A stretch of 64,000 nt of DNA from Candidatus Latescibacterota bacterium (GTDB lineage: Bacteria > Latescibacterota > UBA2968 > GCA-2709665). Below the pieces are notes generated by a model. It searched no databases. It was not told the origin of the DNA and was given only the letters and a program-made list of their open reading frames with translations. Where the stretch lies: NCBI GenBank assembly GCA_963667175.2, contig CAXXXF010000015.1:736001-800000 (forward strand). The letters run 5' to 3'. Of this stretch, positions 42,443-52,604 are shown one piece after another. Positions within the stretch are counted from its first letter, which is position 1. Each line of letters starts with the position of its first letter. The translations under genes were made by a program, and so were the position numbers.

Positions 42443-43687
42443 ATGGTTGACATCCATCAGACCTTCAACTGGCACGATATCCATGGCAACCAGGACTACG
42501 TCTTTGGCGAAGGACGGGTACCTGAAAATGGACGGATCCAGGGCGCCGGTCCAATGTTTCCGTCGACTCAAGGAGGAGATCACCGACCGGTCCGGCTCGC
42601 TTGAACTGGCCATGAGAGTCGTGCTGGACGAGCCGGAATACCACACCCTCTACACCCTGCGCCTCTACGACAGCGCAGACCGCCCCGGCCATCGTCTGTC
42701 ACGTCCGGAGGGACGGCCGCGTGTTGTTCCGGGGGAAAAACGAACTGATGGATTTCCGGCGGGGTCCTCACGTTCCAGGGCGACTGTCCATTCAACGACC
42801 GAACGAAGCGCAAGTGGTACGTCGTCGAATCCGACGAACACACGTACACCTTCGAAGCGTTCGACTTTGCAAACCAGACCGCCGTCTTTCTTCTGGACGG
42901 CCAACAACCCGTCACCGTACCGTTCCGGAACCCTGTCCGGGATATCGCAAAACTGGAACTCAGACCGGCGGCGTCGGAATCGGCCGGTATATCCGCGTGA
43001 AACAGTTGAAGCAGTTCGTCGGACGGCGAACAGATCGACCGGGAAGACCACCCGCTCTACTGGAAACCGGTCCCCGCCGCCCCGGGACGGAGAACCGGAC
43101 GACAACGTCTGCGAGAGCGGGCTCAGACCCTTTGATAACCGATGGCTCGAGCTCATCACCCGGTACGGATTCGTAACGACGACCTTCCCCCGTTATCCCG
43201 AAGGGAACGCTGGAATTCGACGTCAAATCGCCGGACGTATCGGCGGAAGCCTGCGTCCTGCTGGGCGAATACGACGGCTCCATCAAGTGTTTTCGTAAGA
43301 TCCAGACGGGCATCCTGACAAACCGCATGACCATTGCGACCGGTCATCCGACGCCTGGTTTTCAACACGTTCGACAACTCCGTCTCTCCCGAAAACGACC
43401 GGGCGTACCGGTTCAAGATCGCATGGGACGCGGAAACCAATAAGCAGCGGATCTGGATCGACGACGTTCCTCAGAAATACCTGGGCGAGACGGATATCGA
43501 AATCCACGGTCTATGGGGCAGGAACAACCGGATGACGCGGGGAATCGACACCATCTCTCTGCATCCGGGCCTGCTCGGAACGGCGCGTCTCACGTCCATC
43601 CAGAAGGCCCAGGGCCGGACGCACGAAAATCCGCCGGAGCCCCTCCGCACCTGGTGGGGCAATTTCAGGCTGCGAGCCGTGGAATAA
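42443..43687 (+). pseudogene. beta-rich hypothetical protein (~410 aa) broken by about 7 frameshifts (likely sequence error)
   Basis: GGAGGT SD plus ATG at 42443; protein-like segments alternate between frames (MVDIHQTFNW / KDGYLKMDG..LYDSADRP / WYVVESDEHTYTF / IPKGTLEFDVK / YRFKIAWDAETNKQRIWIDD). Confidence 0.6.
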
Positions 43688-43735
43688 CCATTGCCAGTCG
43701 ACGCAAGCTGTCGCGCCGTTTCGCGAAAGGTTGAA

Positions 43736-46084
43736 ATGCAAACCCATCGAACGCCATGTACGATGTACAAGCCCGACGACCTCGCGCGCGCCAGGGAGAA
43801 CATCAAACGACACGCGTGGGCGAAGGAACTCTATTCGCAAACCAAATCCCAGGCCGATACCTATCTGGCGATGGACCGGGATCGCATGCGCAGCTTTATC
43901 AGCGACCGGACGCCGCTGGTGACCGTTGTCTGTCCCAACTGCGGATGCGGACCGTGGTACGCGTACAGCCTGATCAACGACGGCGACACGCTTCAATGTA
44001 CAGATTGCAGGACCACGTGGGACTGGGACCCGGACGACGTCTCCGAGACGTGGAATATCCAGGCGGTGATCCGCACGTACCGCCTGAAATACATCCTTGG
44101 CGGCCTGGAGAGCGCCGGCATCGTGTACGGTGTCGAAGGCGACGTGCGATACGCCGAAAAAGCCGCCATTCTGGTCGAACGTTTCGCGGAAGTCTTCGAG
44201 GACTACCGGCTGAACCAGGTGAACAGGAACGTCTGGCACGATCAGAATGACCCCTATTACGGGAAAATCGACGGCTGGAAACAGCGGGATGCCTGGTGCG
44301 TCCGAAACGTGCTGCTGGCGTATGATCTGATCCGGGACTCGGGCGTCCTTAAGGACGATCAGCGCCGGTCCATCGACGCCTTTGTCGAATACGTTCGAGA
44401 CTATTTCGTCGAGTCGTTCAACAATCCGGGGGACTCGACCCTGAAGGGATACACCTGGTCCGATGACCTTTCACCCTACCTCTCCCACTACTCCATTCAG
44501 GACCACGGAGGCGCGTGGTGGTGCATCGCGGCTTCCGCCGCGCTGACGTGCGACCGGGAAATCCTGCAATCCGTCGTCACGTTATACGAAGACATGCTCA
44601 AGCCCGAGGCCGGCGTTTTCTTTCAGGACGGCGCGTTTTACGAATGCGCGGCCGACTACACCCTGGGACTGCTCCAGACGACCATCGGCATCCCCGAAAT
44701 CATCCGCGGAAACCTGGACACGGACGTGTACGCCAATCCCCGATGCGACCTTCTGGAGAAGTGTTACACCTGGTTCCTGGATGCCGCCTTTCCGAACGAC
44801 ACCAACCCTGCGATCAACGATTCGCACGTTGGCAGTCCGTTGCGCCATTTCTGTTCGGAAGTCGCCTATGTCGTCTACAACAACCAGAAGGCGCTGAGCC
44901 ATCTCAAGACTGTCTGGGGTGCGGACCTGAACGGCGGCGCCGAATACTCACTGTTCTACAGAGAGCCGGATGCCGCGGTCGAAAGCAGCGGCGAACCCTA
45001 CGCCGAGGAAAGCGTCCACCTGCCCGATATTGGACTCATGATTCTTCGTCATGGAAAAGACAAACCGTCGCGGACCATGGCCTTCATCGACTACGGTCCG
45101 TATATACCCGCCGCCCACAAGCAGAAGGACTATCTCAATTTCGTCCTGTGGTCCTGCGGCCAGGAACTCGTCACGGAAATGGGATACAACTGGAATCCGG
45201 AATGGGCGCGCCTGTGGGAACGCGGACCGCTATCCCACAATACCGTCCTGGAATGCGCCGAACAGGGCGAGGGCGGAAAACCGCTTTTGTGGTGCGTCAC
45301 CCCCGGTCCGAAACTGGCCGAGGCGGGCCTGCCGCCGGGCAATTCGCGCCTGATCGCCCTGCTGCCCCGAAGTTCCGGCGAACCCCTCATCGCCGATATC
45401 TTTCGCGTTTCCGGAGACATGAGTTCGTACACCTGGATGCTGCACGCCCGTTCAGGAGACCTGGAGGTCGCGGGTCTGGGCGACCTCTCGCCCACGGACG
45501 TTCCCGAGCCCTTGCGATCCGGCCGGTCGGGCCGAGCGATCGGCGACGTCGCGGCCACGTGGACCATGGATCGCGTCGGCCTGCGGACGATCGTCCCCAG
45601 GATCTGCGACACTGCGGTTACGATCTCCGAGTGTCCTCCCGAAGAGGACGTTATCGAGGACCTCCATGCCGAGGGCGGCACGTTGAAAACCGGCGCCGTT
45701 CTGCCGTATCGCGGCCACCTCCAGGTCCGCCGCCCCGGTCCGGACGCCATATTCGCCGCCGTACACGCGCCATTCCGGGACAGCCCACCAACGATCGACG
45801 TTCAATGCCAGATCCTGTCCGAGGAGGCGCTGGCCCTCCGGATTTCCACTGAGGAAGAGCGCTTTCTCCTTTTGCGTACACTTTCGCAAAACGAAGTGTG
45901 TCTGGGCGGAATCGCGCTGAAAGGGCGCGCGGCCGTTTTGACGTTCAAGAACGATGTCACCCATTCTCTCTGTCTCGCCTCCGGCACTTCCCTGGTTTGC
46001 GACGAATCCGAACTCCAACTCGACAGGACCGGTAACGCCTACGCGAAACGTTCCGGAGACACGTTCAAAAGGGTGGAGCTATAG
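43736..46084 (+). CDS. heparinase II/III / alginate-lyase-like protein with N-terminal Cys motif
   Basis: ARARENIKRHAWA, YAEKAAILVERFA, DGAFYECAADY, PAINDS, AHKQKDYL, LSHNTV; CPNCGC..CTDC. Confidence 0.78.
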   Translation: MQTHRTPCTMYKPDDLARARENIKRHAWAKELYSQTKSQADTYLAMDRDRMRSFISDRTPLVTVVCPNCGCGPWYAYSLINDGDTLQCTDCRTTWDWDPDDVSETWNIQAVIRTYRLKYILGGLESAGIVYGVEGDVRYAEKAAILVERFAEVFEDYRLNQVNRNVWHDQNDPYYGKIDGWKQRDAWCVRNVLLAYDLIRDSGVLKDDQRRSIDAFVEYVRDYFVESFNNPGDSTLKGYTWSDDLSPYLSHYSIQDHGGAWWCIAASAALTCDREILQSVVTLYEDMLKPEAGVFFQDGAFYECAADYTLGLLQTTIGIPEIIRGNLDTDVYANPRCDLLEKCYTWFLDAAFPNDTNPAINDSHVGSPLRHFCSEVAYVVYNNQKALSHLKTVWGADLNGGAEYSLFYREPDAAVESSGEPYAEESVHLPDIGLMILRHGKDKPSRTMAFIDYGPYIPAAHKQKDYLNFVLWSCGQELVTEMGYNWNPEWARLWERGPLSHNTVLECAEQGEGGKPLLWCVTPGPKLAEAGLPPGNSRLIALLPRSSGEPLIADIFRVSGDMSSYTWMLHARSGDLEVAGLGDLSPTDVPEPLRSGRSGRAIGDVAATWTMDRVGLRTIVPRICDTAVTISECPPEEDVIEDLHAEGGTLKTGAVLPYRGHLQVRRPGPDAIFAAVHAPFRDSPPTIDVQCQILSEEALALRISTEEERFLLLRTLSQNEVCLGGIALKGRAAVLTFKNDVTHSLCLASGTSLVCDESELQLDRTGNAYAKRSGDTFKRVEL

Positions 46085-46146
46085 GATTCAGTCCCTTATA
46101 TTGCGCCGTTCAGAACTGCAATCCTACCTCTATACAGGAGATTTGC

Positions 46147-47091
46147 ATGCCGTCCAACTTTCTCGACCGGGTCACCGAGGGCCACGTGCTGTGTGATGGC
46201 GGTTACTATCTCGAATTCGAACGACGTTGCCTCGGCAGCTACGCGTCCAGAATACCCATGGGGGTACTCGACTATCCGGAAGGCGTCCTTGAACTTCACA
46301 AGGAGTTCGCGCGGGCGGGCGCCGAGGTTCTCCAGGCGATGGTCTGGGGCGTGCGGCCGATGGAACGCGAAGAGGAACTCCACAGGAGGGCCGTGGAACT
46401 CGCGCGGGAAGCGGCCGGACCGGACCGGTTTGTGGCGGGCACCCTCAGCCCCTTCGTCTATTCGGGCCGCTCCAAATGGGATAAAATGTCCGAGGAAGAC
46501 AGGACCGGCGCCAGGCAATTCTTCGAACGCCGCGTTACCCAGCAGACCTCGGCCGGCGTGGACCTATTCATCATCGAAACCTTCTATTCCGTGGATGAAG
46601 TCAGCCTGGCCATTCCGTTTGTCAAGCAGGCGGGGATCCCGGCCGTAGTGACAATGACCTATCGCGACGGGGAATTTACCCGGGAAGGCTATCGCCCCGG
46701 CGAAGCCGCCAAACGACTCGTGGACGCAGGGGCCGACGTGGTCGGCATCAATTGCATGCGCCCGTGGTCGACCATGCGGCCTCTGATGTACGAAGTCGGG
46801 GAAGCCGTTTCCGTACCCCTGTGCGCACAGCCCACGGGTTACGAACTCGAGCCGGGCGAGAACTTCAACCGTCCGCTGAGCGTCGCCGATCTCTGGACGC
46901 AGGTCGAGCCCCGCGTTGTCACGCGATTTTCCATGGCGGAGTATACCGCCGAAGCGACACGTATGGGCATCGGCTTGATTGGCTCCTGCTGCGGCGCCCT
47001 GCCGTATCACGTCCGGGCCATGGCGGAGGCGCTCGGCAAACCCACCGACCTGCCCGACGTCGACCGCGGATACCACGGTCTGGCGGGGTGA
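46147..47091 (+). CDS. homocysteine S-methyltransferase family (BHMT-like)
   Basis: LCDGGY, LHKEFARAGA, FIIET, Zn ligands VGINC and IGSCCG. Confidence 0.9.
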   Translation: MPSNFLDRVTEGHVLCDGGYYLEFERRCLGSYASRIPMGVLDYPEGVLELHKEFARAGAEVLQAMVWGVRPMEREEELHRRAVELAREAAGPDRFVAGTLSPFVYSGRSKWDKMSEEDRTGARQFFERRVTQQTSAGVDLFIIETFYSVDEVSLAIPFVKQAGIPAVVTMTYRDGEFTREGYRPGEAAKRLVDAGADVVGINCMRPWSTMRPLMYEVGEAVSVPLCAQPTGYELEPGENFNRPLSVADLWTQVEPRVVTRFSMAEYTAEATRMGIGLIGSCCGALPYHVRAMAEALGKPTDLPDVDRGYHGLAG

Positions 47092-47250
47092 GACGCGACC
47101 ATGGAATCGTGAGGGTCCGTGCGGAGGTCTATCCGGCGTCCGTGGACAGGGATTCAGGGGGGTGACGACCGTTCCGGCAACGGGTCGCGAGTCGGGCGGG
47201 AAGTTGCCCCATCCCGCCGCCCACGCTGCGCCAACGGGAGGAAACCACTC

Positions 47251-48921
47251 ATGTTGAATGAAATCACCGCCTGTCTCCATAAGGGGTTCGAACTCGGCGT
47301 CCGGTGGACGGATGAGCGCGGCGTCCTGAACGACCCCTACGAAAGCAACCGGCCGGAGAACTTCGCGCCTGCATGCTGGGCCGTCATCGGCGCATCGCTC
47401 TACCGGCTCACCGGCGAGGACGTTTGTCTGGAGTGGACCGACCGGTGGATGCAGCGCACCGCCGAGGTTATGGACGGCGCCAGGAATTCGCCCGGTTTCA
47501 GGGAATACGTGATGGGGTACGGCGTGATGGTCTATCCCATTCTTTCGGACGTCGTGGACAGGGAACTCCTGGAAGGCTGGGAAGCCGCCTTTGCAGCGTC
47601 CTATACGGACGACGCCGGATTGTCCGACTGCCACGTCTCCGCCGCGTCGCTGCTGTGCGACATGTTCCTGGACAGCGGGCGGGAGAAGAAAGCCCGGGAG
47701 CGATCCGGAGAATTCATCGCGGCGTTCAACAGGCGAGTCACATCCGGGGGTTTCCTTCGAGACGACGACGTGAACGGGAATTCTGTCGCGCACGTCTATC
47801 TGACCGGCGCCTTCCTGGCCGCTACCCTTCTCAAGAACAAATCAGACGTCGCGTTCGGGTCCGAGGTCGAACGACTCCTTGAGACGATCTGCGGCTGGTT
47901 CAAACGGGCGAACGGTCGTTTCCATCTTCCGTTCCTGGCCAGCAGGAGCATCTACCAGATGTACGTGTATCCCATGGTCGCGCTTCTCTCGTACATCGGA
48001 GAGGGTGGAAAGGCCAGAGACAGAGTCCTCGCGCTGCTCGAATTCTGTCAGTCCTTCAATCCGGAAAACGACGTTTTCTCCCACACGCCCAACCACCTGT
48101 CGCCCTACGTCCTCGCGGGCCTGGAGTGGACTTATAATCGTCTGAACACCGACCTCGGCGCGGGCCTTGTCGCCTGGGCGCTGCTCGCGCTCCTGATCGA
48201 ACAGGAATGGCCGGGGTTCGCCACGGTCGCCGCCGCTCCCCCCTTGCAGGACGTTGTCGATCCGGAAGCCGGGTACGCGATCCTGCACGGCGAGAAGTCC
48301 CGCGTGGCCTTCGCGCTTTGTAATCACGACTGGGGCTATCACCTGCCGCTCCAGCCGCTTTCCGTTAAATTCGACAATACACCGATGATCGAACCCATTG
48401 CCGACGCCAAACGGGATGGTGTCAAACACGCTTTCTATGAACAGATCGCCGAACCGCACAAGGCCGATCCGCTGCTTGAGCCTTACTTCGGCATTCTCGT
48501 TCAAGAGGCAGACGGCGCTTTTCGAATCATGGATGGCAGCGCCGACGTGGTCGCCGCCGATGAATACAGGCTGACCGGGCCGGTATCGCTGAACCTGAAA
48601 CTCGATCTGAAGAACGAACTCATTCGGCTGACGTACCGCGTCACGGACCTTAAGAACGACGATCAGCCCGTCTTCTCCATCCCGGTCCTGCTGTGGGACG
48701 GGAAGGAGGAACTGACGTACAGAATTGACAACGGCGCCCTGGTTCTGGCCTGGAAAGGCGCGGCCTACCGGGTATCGATAGTCGGCAACAGCGGTCCGTG
48801 GGACCTTGACATGGCGCGTTATCTGCACGCCGGATGCGGACTGACCGCGAATATGACCGTTCCACTGGCGCATAACGCCACCCATCTGGATGCCGCTGTC
48901 ACAATTGAACGGACGGCGTGA
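47251..48921 (+). CDS. hypothetical protein (helical N-part, beta-rich C-part)
   Basis: 556 aa ORF with GGAGG SD, inside the operon. Confidence 0.8.
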   Translation: MLNEITACLHKGFELGVRWTDERGVLNDPYESNRPENFAPACWAVIGASLYRLTGEDVCLEWTDRWMQRTAEVMDGARNSPGFREYVMGYGVMVYPILSDVVDRELLEGWEAAFAASYTDDAGLSDCHVSAASLLCDMFLDSGREKKARERSGEFIAAFNRRVTSGGFLRDDDVNGNSVAHVYLTGAFLAATLLKNKSDVAFGSEVERLLETICGWFKRANGRFHLPFLASRSIYQMYVYPMVALLSYIGEGGKARDRVLALLEFCQSFNPENDVFSHTPNHLSPYVLAGLEWTYNRLNTDLGAGLVAWALLALLIEQEWPGFATVAAAPPLQDVVDPEAGYAILHGEKSRVAFALCNHDWGYHLPLQPLSVKFDNTPMIEPIADAKRDGVKHAFYEQIAEPHKADPLLEPYFGILVQEADGAFRIMDGSADVVAADEYRLTGPVSLNLKLDLKNELIRLTYRVTDLKNDDQPVFSIPVLLWDGKEELTYRIDNGALVLAWKGAAYRVSIVGNSGPWDLDMARYLHAGCGLTANMTVPLAHNATHLDAAVTIERTA

Positions 48922-48946
48922 GAATCTCCTTTCTGAAGGGCCGGTC

Positions 48947-49930
48947 ATGAACCTCGGATTCGTCGGTCTGGGCAACTATTCCAGAAACCACGAGCGGGCC
49001 GTCCAAAAGAATCCGGACCTGGTCCTGGTATCCGTCTATGATATTGTACGTGAACGCACTGACCGGGTAGCCCGGGAGTTTGGCGCAAAACGGGCGTCCA
49101 CGATCGAAGATCTGGCCGGCGACCCGGACGTTGAGGCGGTCGTGATCACAACGCCCAACAACCGCCACGTTGACGACTTCAAGGTCTGCGCGGCCCACGC
49201 CAAACACGTCTTCGTCAACGTTCCCGTCACGACAAGCCGCGCCGAGGCAGCGGAGATGTTGCGACTTGCCAACGAAAAAGACCTCACCTATATGGCGGGA
49301 CACAACCTCCGCAAAAATCCGGCCATCTCCCACCTGAAGAAGCGTCTGGACGCCGGCGACGTCGGCGCCCTGCACTCGGTCGAAGCCTCCGTCGGAGGCG
49401 CCGCCGCCTATGATCTCAGGCCGGACAACTGGCGGTACCAACTGAAAAACGCGCCGCTTCTTCCTTTTGCGCAGATGGCCGTCGTCTTCATCGACCTTGT
49501 CCTGGATATCATGGGCGCGCCAGAGAGAATCTCAGCCTTCATGTCCAAGAGAGACGGGGCCGGAGAATCCCCGGACCTGGGCGCCGTTATCGGCCGCTAC
49601 GCCGATGGACGGCTTTCCTATATCGGCGCGTCGTACGTCTCTCATCTGGGCTACGAAATCACCTTTGCGGGCAGCGACGCCAGAGTCACGTGGGACAGCC
49701 ACGACGAAAACGCCGTCACCCTGATCGGTACCGAGACTCGCCAGCGCGAATCCTTCGACCGGATCGACGAACAGTACGAGGAACTCGCCGAATTTGCGCA
49801 CTGCGTGGAAACCGGCGCCGCACCCTCGGTGAACGGCCTGCACGCGTTCAACGTCGCCGCCTACTTCGAAGCGATTGAGGAATCCGTCAACACGGAGCGG
49901 GCCGCTCGCTTCAGGCCTTTCGACGAATAG
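48947..49930 (+). CDS. Gfo/Idh/MocA-fold protein with degenerate motifs
   Basis: GFVGLG, DVEAVVITTPNNRH, KHVFVNVP, GDVG. Confidence 0.85.
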   Translation: MNLGFVGLGNYSRNHERAVQKNPDLVLVSVYDIVRERTDRVAREFGAKRASTIEDLAGDPDVEAVVITTPNNRHVDDFKVCAAHAKHVFVNVPVTTSRAEAAEMLRLANEKDLTYMAGHNLRKNPAISHLKKRLDAGDVGALHSVEASVGGAAAYDLRPDNWRYQLKNAPLLPFAQMAVVFIDLVLDIMGAPERISAFMSKRDGAGESPDLGAVIGRYADGRLSYIGASYVSHLGYEITFAGSDARVTWDSHDENAVTLIGTETRQRESFDRIDEQYEELAEFAHCVETGAAPSVNGLHAFNVAAYFEAIEESVNTERAARFRPFDE

Positions 49931-49990
49931 CAAAAAGCCCTGGAGATCGTATCTCCAGGGCCTCGGCTGATTCAATCCGGCGACCATCAT

Positions 49991-51727
49991 TCAGAATGCT
50001 TCAAGACCTTTCCGAACGACGTCTTTCACGTAGCCCACCAGCGCATCGATTGCGACGTCTTTTCTTTCCTGTTCGTTTCTCAACTTCACCTCCACCTCTC
50101 CCCTCGCCAGGCCCCTGGAACCCACCGTTATTCGAATCGGGATGCCGATCAGGTCCGCATCGTTGAATTTCACGCCCGCCCGTTCGTCGCGGTCATCCAC
50201 AAGCGCCTCGATCTCCGCGACTTCGAGACCGCGACGGATCTTCTCCGCCGCCTCCAACTCTCCTTTAGGGCGGTTTCCCGATAGCACCACGATATGTGCA
50301 TGGAACGGCGCGACCGGTATCGGCCAGATGATGCCCTGCTCGTCGTGGTGCGCCTCGATGACGCACGCCAGCAGGCGCCCAACGCCGATCCCGTAGGAAC
50401 CCATCACCAGCGGGCGGGCTTTACCGTGCTCGTCCAGGAAGTTCGCGCCCAGTTTCTCGCTGTACCTCGTGCCCAGCTTGAAGATATTCCCCACCTCGAC
50501 CCCGCGCGTCGACTTCAGAGGGGCGCCGCAGGAGGCGCAGGGCATCCCCTCCTCCACCGCCACCAGATCTGTGACGAGGTCCGCCTCGAAATCCCTGCCC
50601 ACGTTCACGTTCAGATAGTGATAATCCTCTCTGTTCGCACCGGACACCAGGTTGTTGGAGGACGCCACCAGGTTGTCAACAACAACCAGCGCGTCTTTCG
50701 CGATGCCGATGGGCGATCCGTAACCGGGCTCAGCGCCGATGGATCGGATTTCATCCACTGTTGCCGGACGCATCTCGACGGCCCCGGCGGCGTTTGCCAA
50801 TTTCGTTTCGCTAAGTTCATGGTCTCCCCGCACGAGTGCGAAGACAAACCGGTCCAGGCCCTGGATTGAACCAACCATAAACACCGCCTTGGCCGTCCGG
50901 CTCGCGGGAACGTCCAGGAACCGCGCCAGTTCTTCTATGGTCGCGCATCCTGGCGTTGCCACTTCCCGGAGCGCTTGCGGTGTCTCCCGGGTGGCCTCCT
51001 CCCTTCCACAAACGGCAATCTGCCGGTTCGCGCGGTACCCGCAGCCGTGGCAGATCAGGAGCGTATCCTCACCCACGGGATTCAGATACATGAATTCGTG
51101 CGCCCCGGTGCCGCCCATCATGCCGGTGTCGCTCTCCACCGAAACCACCTGGCCCGCCAGGCCCACGCGCCGGAAGATACGCTCATAGGCCCGGAACATG
51201 TCCTGATAGACCGAATCCAGGCCGGACTCTTCCAGGTCGAAACTGTACGCGTCCTTCATGGTAAATTCCCGCACGCGGATCAGACCTCCCCGGCTGCGGG
51301 GCTCGTCGCGGAATTTCGTCTGAATCTGGAACACGCACATGGGCAACTGCCGGTAGCTCCGAATCTGATGCCGCGCCAGGTCCGTGACCGCCTCTTCATG
51401 GGTCATTGCCAGGCACATGTCCCGGTCGGATCGATCCTGCATCCGAAGCATTTCCGGCCCCACCTCGTTCCATCTGGCACTCTCACGCCATAGCTCCGCC
51501 GGTTGCACGATGGGCATCAGCAGTTCCACGCAATCGATCGCCGCCATCTCCTCGCGAAAAATCGCCTCGATCTTCCGTGCGACGCGGAGACCCAGCGGCA
51601 AGGCGCTGAAAATGCCCGCCGCAAGCGGGCGGATCAGCCCGGCCCGCAACGCAAGCCGGTGGCTGACCAACTCCGCGTCTGCCGGGGCTTCGCGAAGCGT
51701 CTGGGTAAACAACCTGCTGTACCGCAT
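49991..51727 (-). CDS. proS: proline--tRNA ligase (bacterial type with editing insertion)
   Basis: THEE, KFRDEPRSRGGLIRVREFTMKDAYSF, GVEVGNIFKLG, MGSYGIGVGR. Confidence 0.98.
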   Translation of the reverse strand: MRYSRLFTQTLREAPADAELVSHRLALRAGLIRPLAAGIFSALPLGLRVARKIEAIFREEMAAIDCVELLMPIVQPAELWRESARWNEVGPEMLRMQDRSDRDMCLAMTHEEAVTDLARHQIRSYRQLPMCVFQIQTKFRDEPRSRGGLIRVREFTMKDAYSFDLEESGLDSVYQDMFRAYERIFRRVGLAGQVVSVESDTGMMGGTGAHEFMYLNPVGEDTLLICHGCGYRANRQIAVCGREEATRETPQALREVATPGCATIEELARFLDVPASRTAKAVFMVGSIQGLDRFVFALVRGDHELSETKLANAAGAVEMRPATVDEIRSIGAEPGYGSPIGIAKDALVVVDNLVASSNNLVSGANREDYHYLNVNVGRDFEADLVTDLVAVEEGMPCASCGAPLKSTRGVEVGNIFKLGTRYSEKLGANFLDEHGKARPLVMGSYGIGVGRLLACVIEAHHDEQGIIWPIPVAPFHAHIVVLSGNRPKGELEAAEKIRRGLEVAEIEALVDDRDERAGVKFNDADLIGIPIRITVGSRGLARGEVEVKLRNEQERKDVAIDALVGYVKDVVRKGLEAF

Positions 51728-51789
51728 CAGGCTTCCTTTCCATGTCGATCGAAACCCGACCGCCGCCCCTCGCTTTCCGGGACGGAAAA

Positions 51790-52539
51790 TCAGAAGTCAA
51801 ACAGCTTCAAGGCCGTCTTGCCCATGATCCATTCAAGCTGGTCTTCAGACAGAAACTCCCAGCGGCGTGGCATTTCTACCGCCATCTCACAGGTCTCATG
51901 AAGACTCACGGGCGGGAAGTCGCTCCCCCACATCATCCGTTCGGCGCCGAACCGCTCCAGCGCCCTCTCGATGAACGGCGTTGCCTCGTCGTAGGGATAT
52001 CCCTTCCCGAATCCATAGAATCCCGACAGCATGAAGACCGTATTCTCGTAGTCCGCGTATCCCATCAGGCGCTCATATTCCGGCTCGTCGGGCGTCTTCT
52101 CCACGTCGGGGAACCATCCCATGTGCTCAATGCGAAACATGGCGCGCGGATGACGCTGAATTCGCTTTTCCATCGCGGGGCGAAGCATACCCGCCATGCC
52201 TCCGCTCAGACTGGCCATGATACCGAGTTCGCCAACGGTATCCCAGACCGCCTCATTGTCGACCGAAGCCGGAATGCGCAGTCCCGCGAGACCGAACGCG
52301 GCCACTTCTCTCCGGATTCGCTCGCCCGCGTCCGCCGCTTCGTAGTCCACGGCGCCCAGAGAAGCGAAGCGTCCCGGATAACGGACCATACAGTCCTTCA
52401 GGTAGGCGTTATCATGACACCCTCCGTACTGCACCAGCAGCGCCTTGTCGATGCCGGCCGATTCCATCTGCGCCAGCAGCACCTCTACGGCGACGTATTT
52501 GGTCAGCCCCACGTGCACATGCCCGTCGACAATGGTCAT
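51790..52539 (-). CDS. amidohydrolase_2 family metallohydrolase
   Basis: VDGHVH, IEHMG, FGAERMMWGSDFP. Confidence 0.88.
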   Translation of the reverse strand: MTIVDGHVHVGLTKYVAVEVLLAQMESAGIDKALLVQYGGCHDNAYLKDCMVRYPGRFASLGAVDYEAADAGERIRREVAAFGLAGLRIPASVDNEAVWDTVGELGIMASLSGGMAGMLRPAMEKRIQRHPRAMFRIEHMGWFPDVEKTPDEPEYERLMGYADYENTVFMLSGFYGFGKGYPYDEATPFIERALERFGAERMMWGSDFPPVSLHETCEMAVEMPRRWEFLSEDQLEWIMGKTALKLFDF

Positions 52540-52604
52540 TCCATCCCTCCCTTACTGCATGATGCGTGACCCGAAGGTCCGGCGTTCATTTCGACGGCGG
52601 GGGT

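Noticed and set aside
42010-43340. Programmed ribosomal frameshifting or phase variation
   Set aside because: Too many shifts, in both directions, without consistent slippery sites or long homopolymers
47092-47250. SAM or other riboswitch next to the methyltransferase
   Set aside because: The region is downstream of the HMT and shows no recognisable aptamer consensus by eye
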